Below, piece by piece: positions 31,101-40,799 of a stretch of DNA of 64,000 nt. The notes below the pieces were generated by a model. The model made no database searches. It saw only the letters and a program-made list of their open reading frames with translations, and was not told the origin of the DNA. Source of the stretch: an uncultured Chloroflexia bacterium (GTDB lineage Bacteria; Chloroflexota; Limnocylindria; Limnocylindrales; CSP1-4); the NCBI GenBank assembly GCA_963713975.1, contig OY970218.1, forward strand, positions 3,296,001 to 3,360,000, in the 5' to 3' direction. How positions within the stretch are numbered: position 1 is the first letter of the stretch; every line of letters begins with the position of its first letter. A program made the position numbers and the translations under genes.

Positions 31101-32330
31101 CTACGGGAAGATCGAGCGGAATGCGCTCCGGATCCGGCTCAGGCCCCCGCCGCCGGGCGCGGACTCGTAGTGCATCGGGTCACCCGCGGCGATCTGCTCC
31201 GCGCCCCAGCGCAGGAGGCCCACGGCGGTCGCGTAGGACGGATCCTGGATCGTGTCGACGAGGCCGCTGATCCCGGTCGGGCCGCTCACCCGAACCGGCA
31301 TCTGGAGCACCTCGCGGCCGAGCTCGGCCGTACCGGCCAGCTGGGCGGCGCCACCCGTGAGGATGATCCCGGCCGGCAGCATCCCGTGGCCGCTGCGCGT
31401 CATCTCCGTACGCAGGAGCTCGAACGTCTCCCGCATCCGCGACTCGATGATCCGGCACAGCTCCTCGCGGCTGACCGTGCGGCCGGCGTCATCGCCCAGG
31501 ACCGCAACCGAGATCTCCTCGTCCTCGATGTTGCGCAGGTCGCACGTCCCGTGGCGGATCTTGAGCTCCTCGGCGACCTGGAGCGTGGTCTTGACGCCGA
31601 TCGCGACGTCGTTGGTCACGTTGTTGCCGCCGACTGGAAGGACCGCGGTATGGAACGGCGACCCGTCTGCGAACAGGGTGAGGTCGATGGTGCCGGCCCC
31701 GATGTCGGCGACCGCGACGCCCAGCTCCTTCTCCGTCTCGGACACGACCGCCTCGGCGGAGGCGAGCCCGTTGACGACCAGCTCGTCGATCTTGACGCCC
31801 GCCAGCTGCACGCACTTGGTGAGGTTCTGGACCGCGGTGGCGGACGCGGTGACGATGTGCACCTCGACCTCGAGGCGCAGGGCGCTCATCCCCAACGGGT
31901 CCTTGACACCCTCCTGGCCGTCGACGGTGAAGCCGCGCCGCTCCACGTGGAGCACGTCCCGGTTGCTGGGGATGGACACTGCCCGGGCGACCTCGATCGC
32001 TCGGCTGATGTCCTCGCGGGTCACCTCGCGATGGTGGGCGGTGACCGCCACTTGGCCCTTGGAGTTGAGGCTCTCGACGTGCTGGCCGCCGACGCCCACG
32101 AAGGCGCGATCGATCTTCCAGCCGGACAGCCGCTCCGCGTGCTCGACGGCGTCCGTGATGGACCGCACCGACTGGTCGATGTTGACGACCACGGCCTTCC
32201 GCAGCCCGGTCGTGGGCACCGTGCCGTGGCCCATGACGGTCAGGCGGCCGTCGCGGCTCACCTCCCCGATGAGCGCACAGACCTTGGATGTGCCGACGTC
32301 GATGCCGACGAGGACCGCTTCCCGTTCCAC
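31101..32330 (-). CDS. ftsA: Cell division protein FtsA
   Basis: GIDVGTSKV, DPLGMSALRLEV, DIGAGT, LTGGAA, YATAVGLL, amphipathic C-terminus. Confidence 0.97.
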   Translation of the reverse strand: MEREAVLVGIDVGTSKVCALIGEVSRDGRLTVMGHGTVPTTGLRKAVVVNIDQSVRSITDAVEHAERLSGWKIDRAFVGVGGQHVESLNSKGQVAVTAHHREVTREDISRAIEVARAVSIPSNRDVLHVERRGFTVDGQEGVKDPLGMSALRLEVEVHIVTASATAVQNLTKCVQLAGVKIDELVVNGLASAEAVVSETEKELGVAVADIGAGTIDLTLFADGSPFHTAVLPVGGNNVTNDVAIGVKTTLQVAEELKIRHGTCDLRNIEDEEISVAVLGDDAGRTVSREELCRIIESRMRETFELLRTEMTRSGHGMLPAGIILTGGAAQLAGTAELGREVLQMPVRVSGPTGISGLVDTIQDPSYATAVGLLRWGAEQIAAGDPMHYESAPGGGGLSRIRSAFRSIFP

Positions 32331-32357
32331 CTGCCTGTCGTCCCTCGCTGTCGCTGT

Positions 32358-32681
32358 CTAGATGAAGTGGCGCCGGATCAGCGCGACGTTGTTGAAGATC
32401 CGGAAGCCGAAGTTGATGAGGGCGACCAGGTAGAGGTCGATGTTCAACCTGTCGCCGATGAAGGTCAGCACCACTGCCACGATCGCGTTGGTGAGGAAGC
32501 CGCTGATGAAGATCCGATTGTCGTAGACCCCGTCGAGCTCCGCCCGAACCGCCCCGAGGACCGAGTCGAGGGCCGCGAGGATCGCGACCGCCACGTAGCG
32601 CGAGAGCTCGAAGCTGACGTTGACGTTGAGGGCAAGCCCCGCGATGACACCGAGGAAGAGACCCACGAGGGGCAGGAGCAC
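32358..32681 (-). CDS. sbp: Small basic protein (Sbp/DUF1290)
   Basis: YVAVAILAALDSVLGAVRA...FISGF...GFRIFNNVALIRR; position between ftsQ and ftsA as in Bacillus. Confidence 0.88.
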   Translation of the reverse strand: MLLPLVGLFLGVIAGLALNVNVSFELSRYVAVAILAALDSVLGAVRAELDGVYDNRIFISGFLTNAIVAVVLTFIGDRLNIDLYLVALINFGFRIFNNVALIRRHFI

Positions 32682-32772
32682 GGGCGGGCATCCTCCGTCC
32701 GGTAGAACGTCGCATCTACGCTACCAGACCATTGGCGGGCGGGGCCCGTCGTCGGGGTGAGTGTCGGGGTCG

Positions 32773-33768
32773 TCACGGGACGGGGGTCCCAGTGGGCTTC
32801 GGTACGGCGGTCGGCTTGGGGGTCTTCTCGGGCTTGGGGGTCTTCTCGGGCTTGGGCGTCCCGGTGGCCTTGGGGGTCTTCTCGGGCTTGGCCGTCTCCT
32901 TGGGCACATACGTTCCGGAATGATCGTCCGCGAGGATCACGCGCTCCACATCGTCCTCGCGCCCCGCGAGGAGGCTCCGGAGCAGCCGGACCTGGCCGGG
33001 GACGAGGTCCGGTGTGCGCAACGTCGGGGTGTAGAACCCGAACACGGCCGTCCAGGACGCGGGGCGCGTCCGCATCGTGAAGCCGTTGGCGTCATCCACG
33101 CGCATGACGAGATCCCGCGCGCCGCTGCCGACGTCTGCCGGTGACAGCGAGCCCAGGCGGAGCGCGGCGTCGAGCGTCACGGGGTCCAGCGTGGATCCGA
33201 TGCCGAGCTCCGTGGACGACAGTCGTGCGTCGTCCACGAGGGGGAGGTCGGCGGCGACGGCCGCCGCATCGGGGCCGAGCTCGCCGAACAGGCGGCCGTC
33301 GCCGTCCACCAGGAAGGTGCGATCCCCGATCCGCCACGCGAGCAGGGCCGCCCGCTCCGTGACGGCTACGCGCACCTCATCCGGCAGGGCGATCGTCACC
33401 GTTGCCGAGGCGATCGACGGGATCGAGGCGACGCGCTGCGCCAGCTCGCCGGTCTGGATCGTGAACACGTTCTCGCCATCGGGTATCGCCATCGCGGCCA
33501 GCACGGCCGCCTCCGGCGTCCAGGTTGTCCCCATGACCACGGTCCGCCGGGCCGCGAAGGCATCAGACGAGGCAAGGCCGTACACGGCGGCCGCTCCGGC
33601 CAACAGTGCCAGCAGCGCTCCCGCCCGGACGGGCGTCAGGCCCGCCGAGGCGCGTCGGACCGGTCGCGTCCGCCGGCCCGCGCCGCCGGGCCGTGCCCCC
33701 GGCCGGAGCACCGCGGGGCGGATGGTGCGGGACGACGGTGACGAACGGCCCGAGGATCGGCGGATCAC
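32773..33768 (-). CDS. ftsQ: Cell division protein FtsQ/DivIB
   Basis: Basic N-terminus, single TM helix, POTRA-like segment (IPSIASATVTIALPDEVRVAVTER), LVDGDG; dcw position. Confidence 0.8.
   Translation of the reverse strand: MIRRSSGRSSPSSRTIRPAVLRPGARPGGAGRRTRPVRRASAGLTPVRAGALLALLAGAAAVYGLASSDAFAARRTVVMGTTWTPEAAVLAAMAIPDGENVFTIQTGELAQRVASIPSIASATVTIALPDEVRVAVTERAALLAWRIGDRTFLVDGDGRLFGELGPDAAAVAADLPLVDDARLSSTELGIGSTLDPVTLDAALRLGSLSPADVGSGARDLVMRVDDANGFTMRTRPASWTAVFGFYTPTLRTPDLVPGQVRLLRSLLAGREDDVERVILADDHSGTYVPKETAKPEKTPKATGTPKPEKTPKPEKTPKPTAVPKPTGTPVP
32783..32904 (-). repeat. 18-bp coding repeats (KPEKTP) in the FtsQ C-terminal tail
   Basis: Repeated GGCTTGGGGGTCTTCTCG units on the plus strand. 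Confidence 0.85.
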
Positions 33769-33786
33769 GAGTCGCTCACGGGTCGC

Positions 33787-34929
33787 TCACCGGGGCAGGT
33801 CGGCAGGAGCGAGCCGGTGGCGGATGCGGGACCGGTCGCGAGCGAGCGCCAGGTCCACGACCCGGCGGCACACCGCCGCGAAGTCGTAGCCACCCTCCGC
33901 GCACAACGCCGGGAACAAGCTGATCGGGGTGAAGCCTGGGATGGTGTTGATCTCGGATACGAGCAGCGTGTCGCCGGCGACCAGGAAGTCGACGCGCGCG
34001 AACCCCTCGGCGCCGATCGCCCGGTAGGCGTCGCGTGCGAGCTTGTGCATCGCGGCCCTCTGGGCGATCGTGACCTCGGCGGTCAGGTTGGAGCGGGAGA
34101 CACCCTGCGTGTACTTGGCCACGTAGTCGTAGAACTCGTGGCCGGACACGATCTCGCCCGGCCCGTAGAGCTCCAACTCGTGCGGCTCGTTGCCCAGGAC
34201 CGAGACCTCCATGTCACGGGCTCCGGCGAGGTAGCGCTCCACGAGCACCACGTCGTCGAAGCGGAACGCCTCGACCAACGCCGGAACCCGCTCCTCCGCG
34301 GTATGGGCGAGCGTCATGCCGACGGAGCTGCCGAGGCGCGCCGGCTTGACCATGAGGCGCGTGTCCCCGCCCGCTGCTGCGAAGGCATCGAGCTCCGACA
34401 GGACGCTCCTGGGGTCCGACGACCAGCGGCCGGCGCGGACCTCCACCCAGTCCGCGACCGGGAGGCCCAGGCCCCTGGCCAGCCGCTTGAACACCGCCTT
34501 GTCCATGCCCACGGCGCTCGCGGTGACGCCGGACCCCGTGTATGCCAGGCCGGCCGCCTCGCACAGCGCCTGCGCCGTTCCGTCCTCACCGAACGGGCCG
34601 TGGAGGGCGAGGAACACCACGGGCCGCGCCGGGCGCCCGGCCAGGCCGTGCAGGGCCCGGCCCACATCAATGGGACCGGCGGCTCCAAGGGCCGCGGGGT
34701 CGTCGTAGTCGGCCTGCGGACGACCGTCCCGGCGGAACCCGTCGGGCAGGCGCCACCAGGCTCCGTCGAGGTCGATCAGCCAGGTCTCGACCGGATAGCC
34801 GGACCCGGCCAGCGCATCGGCGATGGCGGACCCCGACACGATCGACACGTCGTGCTCGGCCGACGGGCCGCCCAGGACCACCGCGACCGGCGTCGCGACG
34901 GGATCGTGGGCCGGCGGCGGCATGGGCAT
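33787..34929 (-). CDS. ddl: D-alanine--D-alanine ligase
   Basis: GGPSAEHDVS, LHGPFGEDG, MDK, GSSVG, FYDYVAKY, EINTIPGFT. Confidence 0.96.
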   Translation of the reverse strand: MPMPPPAHDPVATPVAVVLGGPSAEHDVSIVSGSAIADALAGSGYPVETWLIDLDGAWWRLPDGFRRDGRPQADYDDPAALGAAGPIDVGRALHGLAGRPARPVVFLALHGPFGEDGTAQALCEAAGLAYTGSGVTASAVGMDKAVFKRLARGLGLPVADWVEVRAGRWSSDPRSVLSELDAFAAAGGDTRLMVKPARLGSSVGMTLAHTAEERVPALVEAFRFDDVVLVERYLAGARDMEVSVLGNEPHELELYGPGEIVSGHEFYDYVAKYTQGVSRSNLTAEVTIAQRAAMHKLARDAYRAIGAEGFARVDFLVAGDTLLVSEINTIPGFTPISLFPALCAEGGYDFAAVCRRVVDLALARDRSRIRHRLAPADLPR

Positions 34930-35921
34930 CAGGCGGTCTCCTCCGGACTCCAGGCGGACCAGTCGCCGGCAAACTCGACCTCGTACGCGAGCTCGAGGCC
35001 GTGGTGGTCCCGCACCGCGGCGCGGACGTGCTCCGCCACGCTGCGGACATCGGCTGCCGTACCGTGCTCGTCGTTGACGATGAAGTTGGCGTGCTTCGGT
35101 GACACGACGGCGCCGCCCACACGGTAGCCCTTGAGGCCCAGCGCGTCGATCAGCCGGCCCGCGGAATCGCCGGGGGGGTTCCGGAACACGGAGCCCGCGG
35201 ACGGGATGCCCAGTGGCTGGTGCTCGCGGCGCCAGCGCCGGATGTCGTCGAGGCGTGCCTTGATCGCGACCGGCTCCGCGGGCTGCAGGTGGAAGACGCC
35301 GCCCAGCACGATCTCGGCAGGCCCAGGCGAGCCCGATGCGCCGTTCGCCCCCGCCGGCGAAGCGTCCTTGAACCGGCTGTGGCGGTACGCGAAGCCGAGC
35401 TCGGCCGCGGGGACCACCGCCTCCGTGCCGTCGGCCAGGAGCACCGTCGCCGACTCCAGCACCGATGCCGTCTCCGCCCCGTGCGCCCCCGCGTTGGCCC
35501 AGATCGCGCCGCCCACGGTGCCCGGGATCGCCAGCCCGTACTCGAGGCCGGTGAGCCCCGCCCTCTGCGTCTCGGTGGCGGCGCGGGCCATCGGCACCCC
35601 CGCATCGGCCCGGTACCGGTCCCCATCCACGCGCGATGCCTCCGCGCGAGCCTGGATCACGAGGCCCCGGAACCCGGCATCCGCGATCACGAGGTTGCTG
35701 CCGCGACCCAGGATGAGCAGCGGGATCGAGCGCGCCCGCGCGAACCGGACGAGGCCGCGCAGCTCGAAGCCGTTGTGGGCGACCGCGAAAAGGTCCGCAG
35801 GGCCGCCGACCCGCATCGTGGTGTAGCGCGCGAGTACCTCGTTGCGAACCGTCTTCACGCCGATCCGCCGCTGGATCTCGGACCCGGTCGCGAGCGCGTC
35901 GAACGCGGGCGCATCTCTCAT
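34929..35921 (-). CDS. murB: UDP-N-acetylenolpyruvoylglucosamine reductase
   Basis: TTMRVGGPA, GRGSN, IPGTVGGA, NAGAHG, SAGSVFRNP, KHANFIVN. Confidence 0.96.
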   Translation of the reverse strand: MRDAPAFDALATGSEIQRRIGVKTVRNEVLARYTTMRVGGPADLFAVAHNGFELRGLVRFARARSIPLLILGRGSNLVIADAGFRGLVIQARAEASRVDGDRYRADAGVPMARAATETQRAGLTGLEYGLAIPGTVGGAIWANAGAHGAETASVLESATVLLADGTEAVVPAAELGFAYRHSRFKDASPAGANGASGSPGPAEIVLGGVFHLQPAEPVAIKARLDDIRRWRREHQPLGIPSAGSVFRNPPGDSAGRLIDALGLKGYRVGGAVVSPKHANFIVNDEHGTAADVRSVAEHVRAAVRDHHGLELAYEVEFAGDWSAWSPEETA

Positions 35922-37066
35922 GGCCGGCCGCCGCGCGCGATGGCGTCGATCTCGGCCTGCGTGGGCAGCGGCTCGTGCGAGGCGACCGCGAGCACGAGAT
36001 CCGCAACCGCCCGAGCGGCGTCGGGTCGGGCGAGGTCCCGCGCCGCCGCGGACATGACGGCGTGCCGGGCCGGATCGGACAGCAGGCCCGCGATCTCGAC
36101 AAGCCGGTCGCCGTCCATCGCCTCGTCCTCGATCAGCACCGCCGCGCCGGCGTCCACGAACGCCTGCGCGTTCAGCCGCTGGTGACCGGCGGCGTGCGGG
36201 TACGGGACGATGGCCATGGGCAGGGCGAACGCGGCCCCCTCGGCCAGGGTGGATGCCCCCGCCCGCCCGACGCCGAGGTCCGCGGCCGCGAGCGCCGCCG
36301 TCATGTCCTCGTGCAGGAACGGGAACGGTCGGTAGCGGTCCCGCAGCCCGTCGGGCAGCGCGTCCCGGGCGGCCAGTGCAGCCGCGTAGCCGTCGTCGCC
36401 GGCGACGTGGACGACCCGCACCCGCTCCACCAGCCGGGGAAGCGCAGCGGTGACCGCGTCGTTGATCCGGCGCACGGCCTGCGACCCGCCGAACACGAGG
36501 AGGATGCGCTCGCCCGGTCGTCCGCCGAACCGCTCCCGGGCCTCGTCGACGTCCACCTCGTCGAACGACCGGATGGGCGTGCCGGTCACGAAGGTCCGAG
36601 GATGCCCAAGCTCGCGGGCGGTCGCCTGGTGGCTCACCGTGACGACGGTCGCCAGCCGCGCGACGAGTCGGACGCTGCGGCCCGGGACCACGTTCCCGTC
36701 CCACAGGACGGTCGGGATGCGCAGGATGGCGGCCGCGACCAGCGTGGGGATGGCGACATAGCCGCCGGTCGTGAAGATGGCCGCCGGGCGACGGGCGATC
36801 AGCAGCGCCAGGGCCTGCGGGACCGAGACGGCTAGCCGGATCGGGTCGAGGGCCAGGTGGACGTCACGGCCCGCCGAGCGGAGCGAGCGCAGGGCCAGAC
36901 GACGCAGCGGGATGCCGGCCGGCGGGACGATCTCCCGCTCGAGGCCACGGTGGCCGCCGAGCCAGCCGAGCTCAGGCGTTCCGGCCCGACCTCGGAGTGA
37001 CCGGGCGACGGCGAGGGCCGGGTAGATATGACCGCCCGTCCCCCCGCCCGCGATCAGCAGGCGCAT
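35918..37066 (-). CDS. murG: Lipid II GlcNAc transferase MurG
   Basis: GGGTGGHIYPA, GGYV, FGGSQA, RAGAST, HQRLNA. Confidence 0.96.
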   Translation of the reverse strand: MRLLIAGGGTGGHIYPALAVARSLRGRAGTPELGWLGGHRGLEREIVPPAGIPLRRLALRSLRSAGRDVHLALDPIRLAVSVPQALALLIARRPAAIFTTGGYVAIPTLVAAAILRIPTVLWDGNVVPGRSVRLVARLATVVTVSHQATARELGHPRTFVTGTPIRSFDEVDVDEARERFGGRPGERILLVFGGSQAVRRINDAVTAALPRLVERVRVVHVAGDDGYAAALAARDALPDGLRDRYRPFPFLHEDMTAALAAADLGVGRAGASTLAEGAAFALPMAIVPYPHAAGHQRLNAQAFVDAGAAVLIEDEAMDGDRLVEIAGLLSDPARHAVMSAAARDLARPDAARAVADLVLAVASHEPLPTQAEIDAIARGGRP

Positions 37067-38249
37067 CGTTCCAGGTTCCTTTCTCGACCGTCTCGCGTGA
37101 GATCGACAGCAGGATGCCGACCGCCGCAAAGCTGATGATCAGGCTGGACCCGCCTGCCGAGACGAATGGCAGCGGGATCCCGGTGACGGGGATCAGCCCC
37201 ACCACCACGCCGATGTTGATGAACGCCTGGAGACAGATCCAGGACGTGATGCCGGCCGCCAGCATGGCGCCGAAGGTGTCCGGTGCACCGAGCGACGTGC
37301 GGATCCCGAGATAGCCGATCGCGAGGAACAGCACGATCACCAGGCCGGCCCCCAGAAGGCCGAACTCCTCGCCCACGATGGCGAAGATGAAGTCGTTGAA
37401 CGCGTTGGGGAGGAACAGGCCGCCGGCGAGGCGGCTCTCCCCGAGGCCGGCCCCCAGCACCCCGCCCAGGGCGAGGGCGAAGTAGCCCTGGATGCTGTGG
37501 AACCCGTCGCCGGCGGCCGCGCTCCACGGGTCGAGCCAGGTCGTGATCCGGGTCATCTGGTAGCCCTGCAGGAACACGAGCAGCACCGCCGGGACCGCGG
37601 CGGCGGCCATCGCCAGGAGATGGAGCACGTTGGCGCCCGCGAGGAAGAACACCGTGAACGCGGTGAACGCCAGGACCGAGGTCGTGCCCAGGTCCGGCTC
37701 GAGCAGGACGAGCACCATCACCGGCACGGTGATCACGAGGAACGGGAGCGTGCCGGTCAGCAGGCCGTGAACGGCGGTCCCACGCTTGGCGAACCAGTGG
37801 GCGAGGTACACCACCAGTGCCAGCTTCATGAACTCGGCCGGGTGCACGGCCGGCAACGGCCCGATCTTGAGCCAGCGGGCGGACCCGCCGACCTCGATGT
37901 TGATCGCCGGGATGAACACCAGCAGCAGGCCCACGATGCCGGCCAGGAACAGCGGGACGGACGCGACCCGCAGCCACCGGTAGTCGACGCGCATCATCAC
38001 CAGCATCGCGACCAGGCCCAGGGCCGCCCACTGGATCTGGGGACCCACGATCGCGAAAGTGTTGTTCTCCTTCGAGAGGAAAGCCTTGATCGCGGACGAC
38101 GAGTAGACCATCAGGATCCCGATGGCCGCCAGGGCCACGGTCGCCACGAGGATCCCATACTCCGGCTCGTGGCTCTCGCGCTGGAGCGTGTTGCTCCGCG
38201 ATCGATCGCGCGCGGGCGCTCGCACGGCGGTCAGCGGCGTGGTACTCAT
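36972..38249 (-). CDS. ftsW: SEDS peptidoglycan polymerase FtsW
   Basis: MVYSSS, GSARW, PAEFMK, EPDLGT, DFIFAIVGEEFG, GIPLPFVSAGGSS. Confidence 0.95.
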   Translation of the reverse strand: MSTTPLTAVRAPARDRSRSNTLQRESHEPEYGILVATVALAAIGILMVYSSSAIKAFLSKENNTFAIVGPQIQWAALGLVAMLVMMRVDYRWLRVASVPLFLAGIVGLLLVFIPAINIEVGGSARWLKIGPLPAVHPAEFMKLALVVYLAHWFAKRGTAVHGLLTGTLPFLVITVPVMVLVLLEPDLGTTSVLAFTAFTVFFLAGANVLHLLAMAAAAVPAVLLVFLQGYQMTRITTWLDPWSAAAGDGFHSIQGYFALALGGVLGAGLGESRLAGGLFLPNAFNDFIFAIVGEEFGLLGAGLVIVLFLAIGYLGIRTSLGAPDTFGAMLAAGITSWICLQAFINIGVVVGLIPVTGIPLPFVSAGGSSLIISFAAVGILLSISRETVEKGTWNDAPADRGRGDGRSYLPGPRRRPVTPRSGRNA

Positions 38250-39814
38250 GCGGGCCTCCCGTCGCCGGCGGAGCCGGCACCGCGAGCCGCGGCGAGGCGG
38301 CCCACTGCTGCGATGAAGGCTCGACCCCGGGCCGCGTAGTCCTCGAACATGTCGAACGAGGCGGCGGCCGGGCTCAGGACCACCGTGGCCACGGCCCCCT
38401 CCGGGGCGTCGGCCAGCGCCACGTGGGCGAACGCGTCGGCGACGGTGACCGCCTCGTCCATTGTGGAGGCGCCCGCCGTCCGGCCCAGGCCGGCCGCCCG
38501 GAACAGGTGCTCCAGCGTGGGTCCGCTCTCCCCGATCAGCACCGCCGCCGCGAGCGTCTGGCCGGCGACGCTCGCCAGCCCGGACAGGTCCACGCCCTTG
38601 TCCCGCCCGCCGGCGATCAGCACCACTGGGCCCGGGAAGGCACGCAGGGCGGCGATCACGGCGTCCGGCTGGGTCCCCTGGGAGTCGTTGACGAACCGGA
38701 CGCCGTCGAGCAGGCCCACCGACTGGAGACGGTGCTCGACACCGGTGAACGACGCGGCGGCGCGGCGGATCGCATCCGGGGCCACCCCGAACAACAGGCC
38801 CACCGCGATGGCGGCCATGGCGTTGGACACGTTGTGGCGGCCCGGGATGCCCAGCTCGTCAACCGGCATGATCCCGCCACCGGGCCCGGTCTGGGCAGGT
38901 CCCCCACCCGCCAGTGGCAGGCGCTCCGTGGCCGCCGAGACGATCCAGCCGTCCACGACACCGAGGCCGCCCGGCACCGGACGGTCGTTCCGGTACAGCA
39001 CGGCAGGGGCGGTGCCGAGCCCCGCGTAGCCGCCGACCACGGGATCCTCGAGGTTGAGCACGAGGGCGCCGTCGGGATCGACGAGCTCCGCCAGACGCCG
39101 CTTGACCCGTCGGTAGGCCTCCACCGAGCCGTGCCGGTCAAGGTGGTCCGAGGTGATGTTGGTGTACGCCGCGACCGTCGTGCCCCGCGAGAGCGCGGGC
39201 AGCTGCAGCTCCGAGAGCTCCACCACGACCCGGTGGGCGGGCGTCAGCTCCGGCAGACGCTCCACCAGTGGCGTGCCGATGTTGCCGCCCAGCACGGCGG
39301 GGTGGACCGGGTCCGCCGCGAGGATCGCGTGCGCCAGCGAGGATGTTGTCGTCTTGCCCTTGGTCCCGGTCACGCCGATCGTGGGAGCCGGGCACAGGCG
39401 CAGGAACAGGCCCGATTCGCTGACCAGGGCCGGGGCCGCCGGATCGCCACCGGCGCGAGCGGCGACGAGCGCCTGCAGCGCGGCCCGGAGGCGGGACTCG
39501 GTCGTCGGGTAGTCCGGGGTGATCGACGGCGACGTGGTCACGAGCGCCGCGTCCACCCAGGTGGAAGGGGGGTCGATGTCCGGGCCCAGCCGGAGGACGA
39601 CGTCCCGGTCGCCCAGCTTCCCGATCGCGGGCTCGAGCTCCGCGGCGGATCGTCCGTCGTAGACCGTGACCCGCGCGCCGGCATCGTGGAGGAAGCGGGC
39701 CAGCGCGATGCCGCTGCGGGCAAGGCCCAGCACGGTGACCGGCCGGCCGTCGAGGGCACCCGCGCGGACGTCGTCGAGCGTGAGGCTGTCGATGTCGATC
39801 GGTCGCACGGCCAT
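38246..39814 (-). CDS. murD: UDP-MurNAc-L-Ala--D-glutamate ligase
   Basis: GLARSG, GVTGTKGKTTT, GGNIG, DHLDRH, EHRLQ, GGRDKG, SPAAASFDMF. Confidence 0.94.
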   Translation of the reverse strand: MAVRPIDIDSLTLDDVRAGALDGRPVTVLGLARSGIALARFLHDAGARVTVYDGRSAAELEPAIGKLGDRDVVLRLGPDIDPPSTWVDAALVTTSPSITPDYPTTESRLRAALQALVAARAGGDPAAPALVSESGLFLRLCPAPTIGVTGTKGKTTTSSLAHAILAADPVHPAVLGGNIGTPLVERLPELTPAHRVVVELSELQLPALSRGTTVAAYTNITSDHLDRHGSVEAYRRVKRRLAELVDPDGALVLNLEDPVVGGYAGLGTAPAVLYRNDRPVPGGLGVVDGWIVSAATERLPLAGGGPAQTGPGGGIMPVDELGIPGRHNVSNAMAAIAVGLLFGVAPDAIRRAAASFTGVEHRLQSVGLLDGVRFVNDSQGTQPDAVIAALRAFPGPVVLIAGGRDKGVDLSGLASVAGQTLAAAVLIGESGPTLEHLFRAAGLGRTAGASTMDEAVTVADAFAHVALADAPEGAVATVVLSPAAASFDMFEDYAARGRAFIAAVGRLAAARGAGSAGDGRPA

Positions 39815-39815
39815 C

Positions 39816-40799
39816 TCAGCGGAGCGCATCGATCGACGCCATGAACAGGGTGACGCCCAGCAGCCCGGCCAGGATGCCCACGATCCAGAACCGGAGCGTG
39901 ATCTTCTCCTCGTCCCAGCCACCCAGCTCGAAGTGGTGGTGCAGGGGCGCCATCCGGAACACGCGCTTCCCGCCGGACATCTTGAAGTAGCCGATCTGGA
40001 TGATGTCCGACATCGTCTCGACCACGAAGATCAGCCCGATCAGGGGGAGCACGAGGATCTGGCCGGTGATCAGGGCGATGACCGCCAGGGTCGCCCCGAG
40101 CGAGAGTGATCCCGAGTCCCCCATGAACACCTGCGCCGGGTGGACGTTGAACCACAGGAAGCCGAGCAGGGCCCCGATGATCAGGGCGCACAGGAACGCG
40201 ATGTTGGTCTGCGCGACCGGCGCGTTGAGCAGGGCGATGATCAGGAACGACACGAACGCGAACGCGAGCGTGCCGCCTGCGAGGCCGTCGAGCCCGTCGG
40301 TGATGTTCACGCCGTTGGACGCGGCCACGATCGCGAACGCTGCGAAGAAGATGTAGACGACGGGATCGATGCCCACGTCCCCGACGAACGGGACCCGGAT
40401 CGCGGTGATCTGGTACGTGCTCTGGATCTGGTAGGCGACCACCAGGGCCACGACCGACTGCCACAGGAGCTTCTGGCGGGCACGGATCCCCTCGCCGGTC
40501 CGGGCGTTGAGGTAGTCGTCCGCGGCGCCCAGGAGACCCACCAGGGCCAGGGTCGCCAGCGGCGCGATGACGCCGCCCTGGACGGGCCAGCGCAGCAGCA
40601 GGAAGATCCCGAGCACCACGAGGATCACCAGGAGGCCGCCCATCGTGGGGGTCCCCCGCTTGACCATGTGGCTCTGCGGGCCCTCCTCCCGAATCTGCTT
40701 CGCGAAGCCGAAGTGCTGGAGCAGACGGATGTACGGCGGCATCAGGATCACCACCAGCGCGAACGCCAGCAGCAGGCCCTGGATGAGCTCCAGGGTCAT
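39816..40799 (-). CDS. mraY: Phospho-N-acetylmuramoyl-pentapeptide transferase
   Basis: KRGTPTMGG, NITDGLDGL, VFMGDSGS, MAPLHHHFEL. Confidence 0.97.
   Translation of the reverse strand: MTLELIQGLLLAFALVVILMPPYIRLLQHFGFAKQIREEGPQSHMVKRGTPTMGGLLVILVVLGIFLLLRWPVQGGVIAPLATLALVGLLGAADDYLNARTGEGIRARQKLLWQSVVALVVAYQIQSTYQITAIRVPFVGDVGIDPVVYIFFAAFAIVAASNGVNITDGLDGLAGGTLAFAFVSFLIIALLNAPVAQTNIAFLCALIIGALLGFLWFNVHPAQVFMGDSGSLSLGATLAVIALITGQILVLPLIGLIFVVETMSDIIQIGYFKMSGGKRVFRMAPLHHHFELGGWDEEKITLRFWIVGILAGLLGVTLFMASIDALR

Noticed and set aside
32465-32776. 103-aa ORF overlapping the ftsQ stop and sbp
   Set aside because: Mostly an alternate frame of sbp, Ser/Arg-rich, with no independent support.
33787-34929. 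Ddl as a possible D-Ala-D-Lac (vancomycin-resistance) ligase
   Set aside because: It keeps the omega-loop FYDYxAKY tyrosine of D-Ala-D-Ala ligases and lies in the dcw cluster with no van genes.
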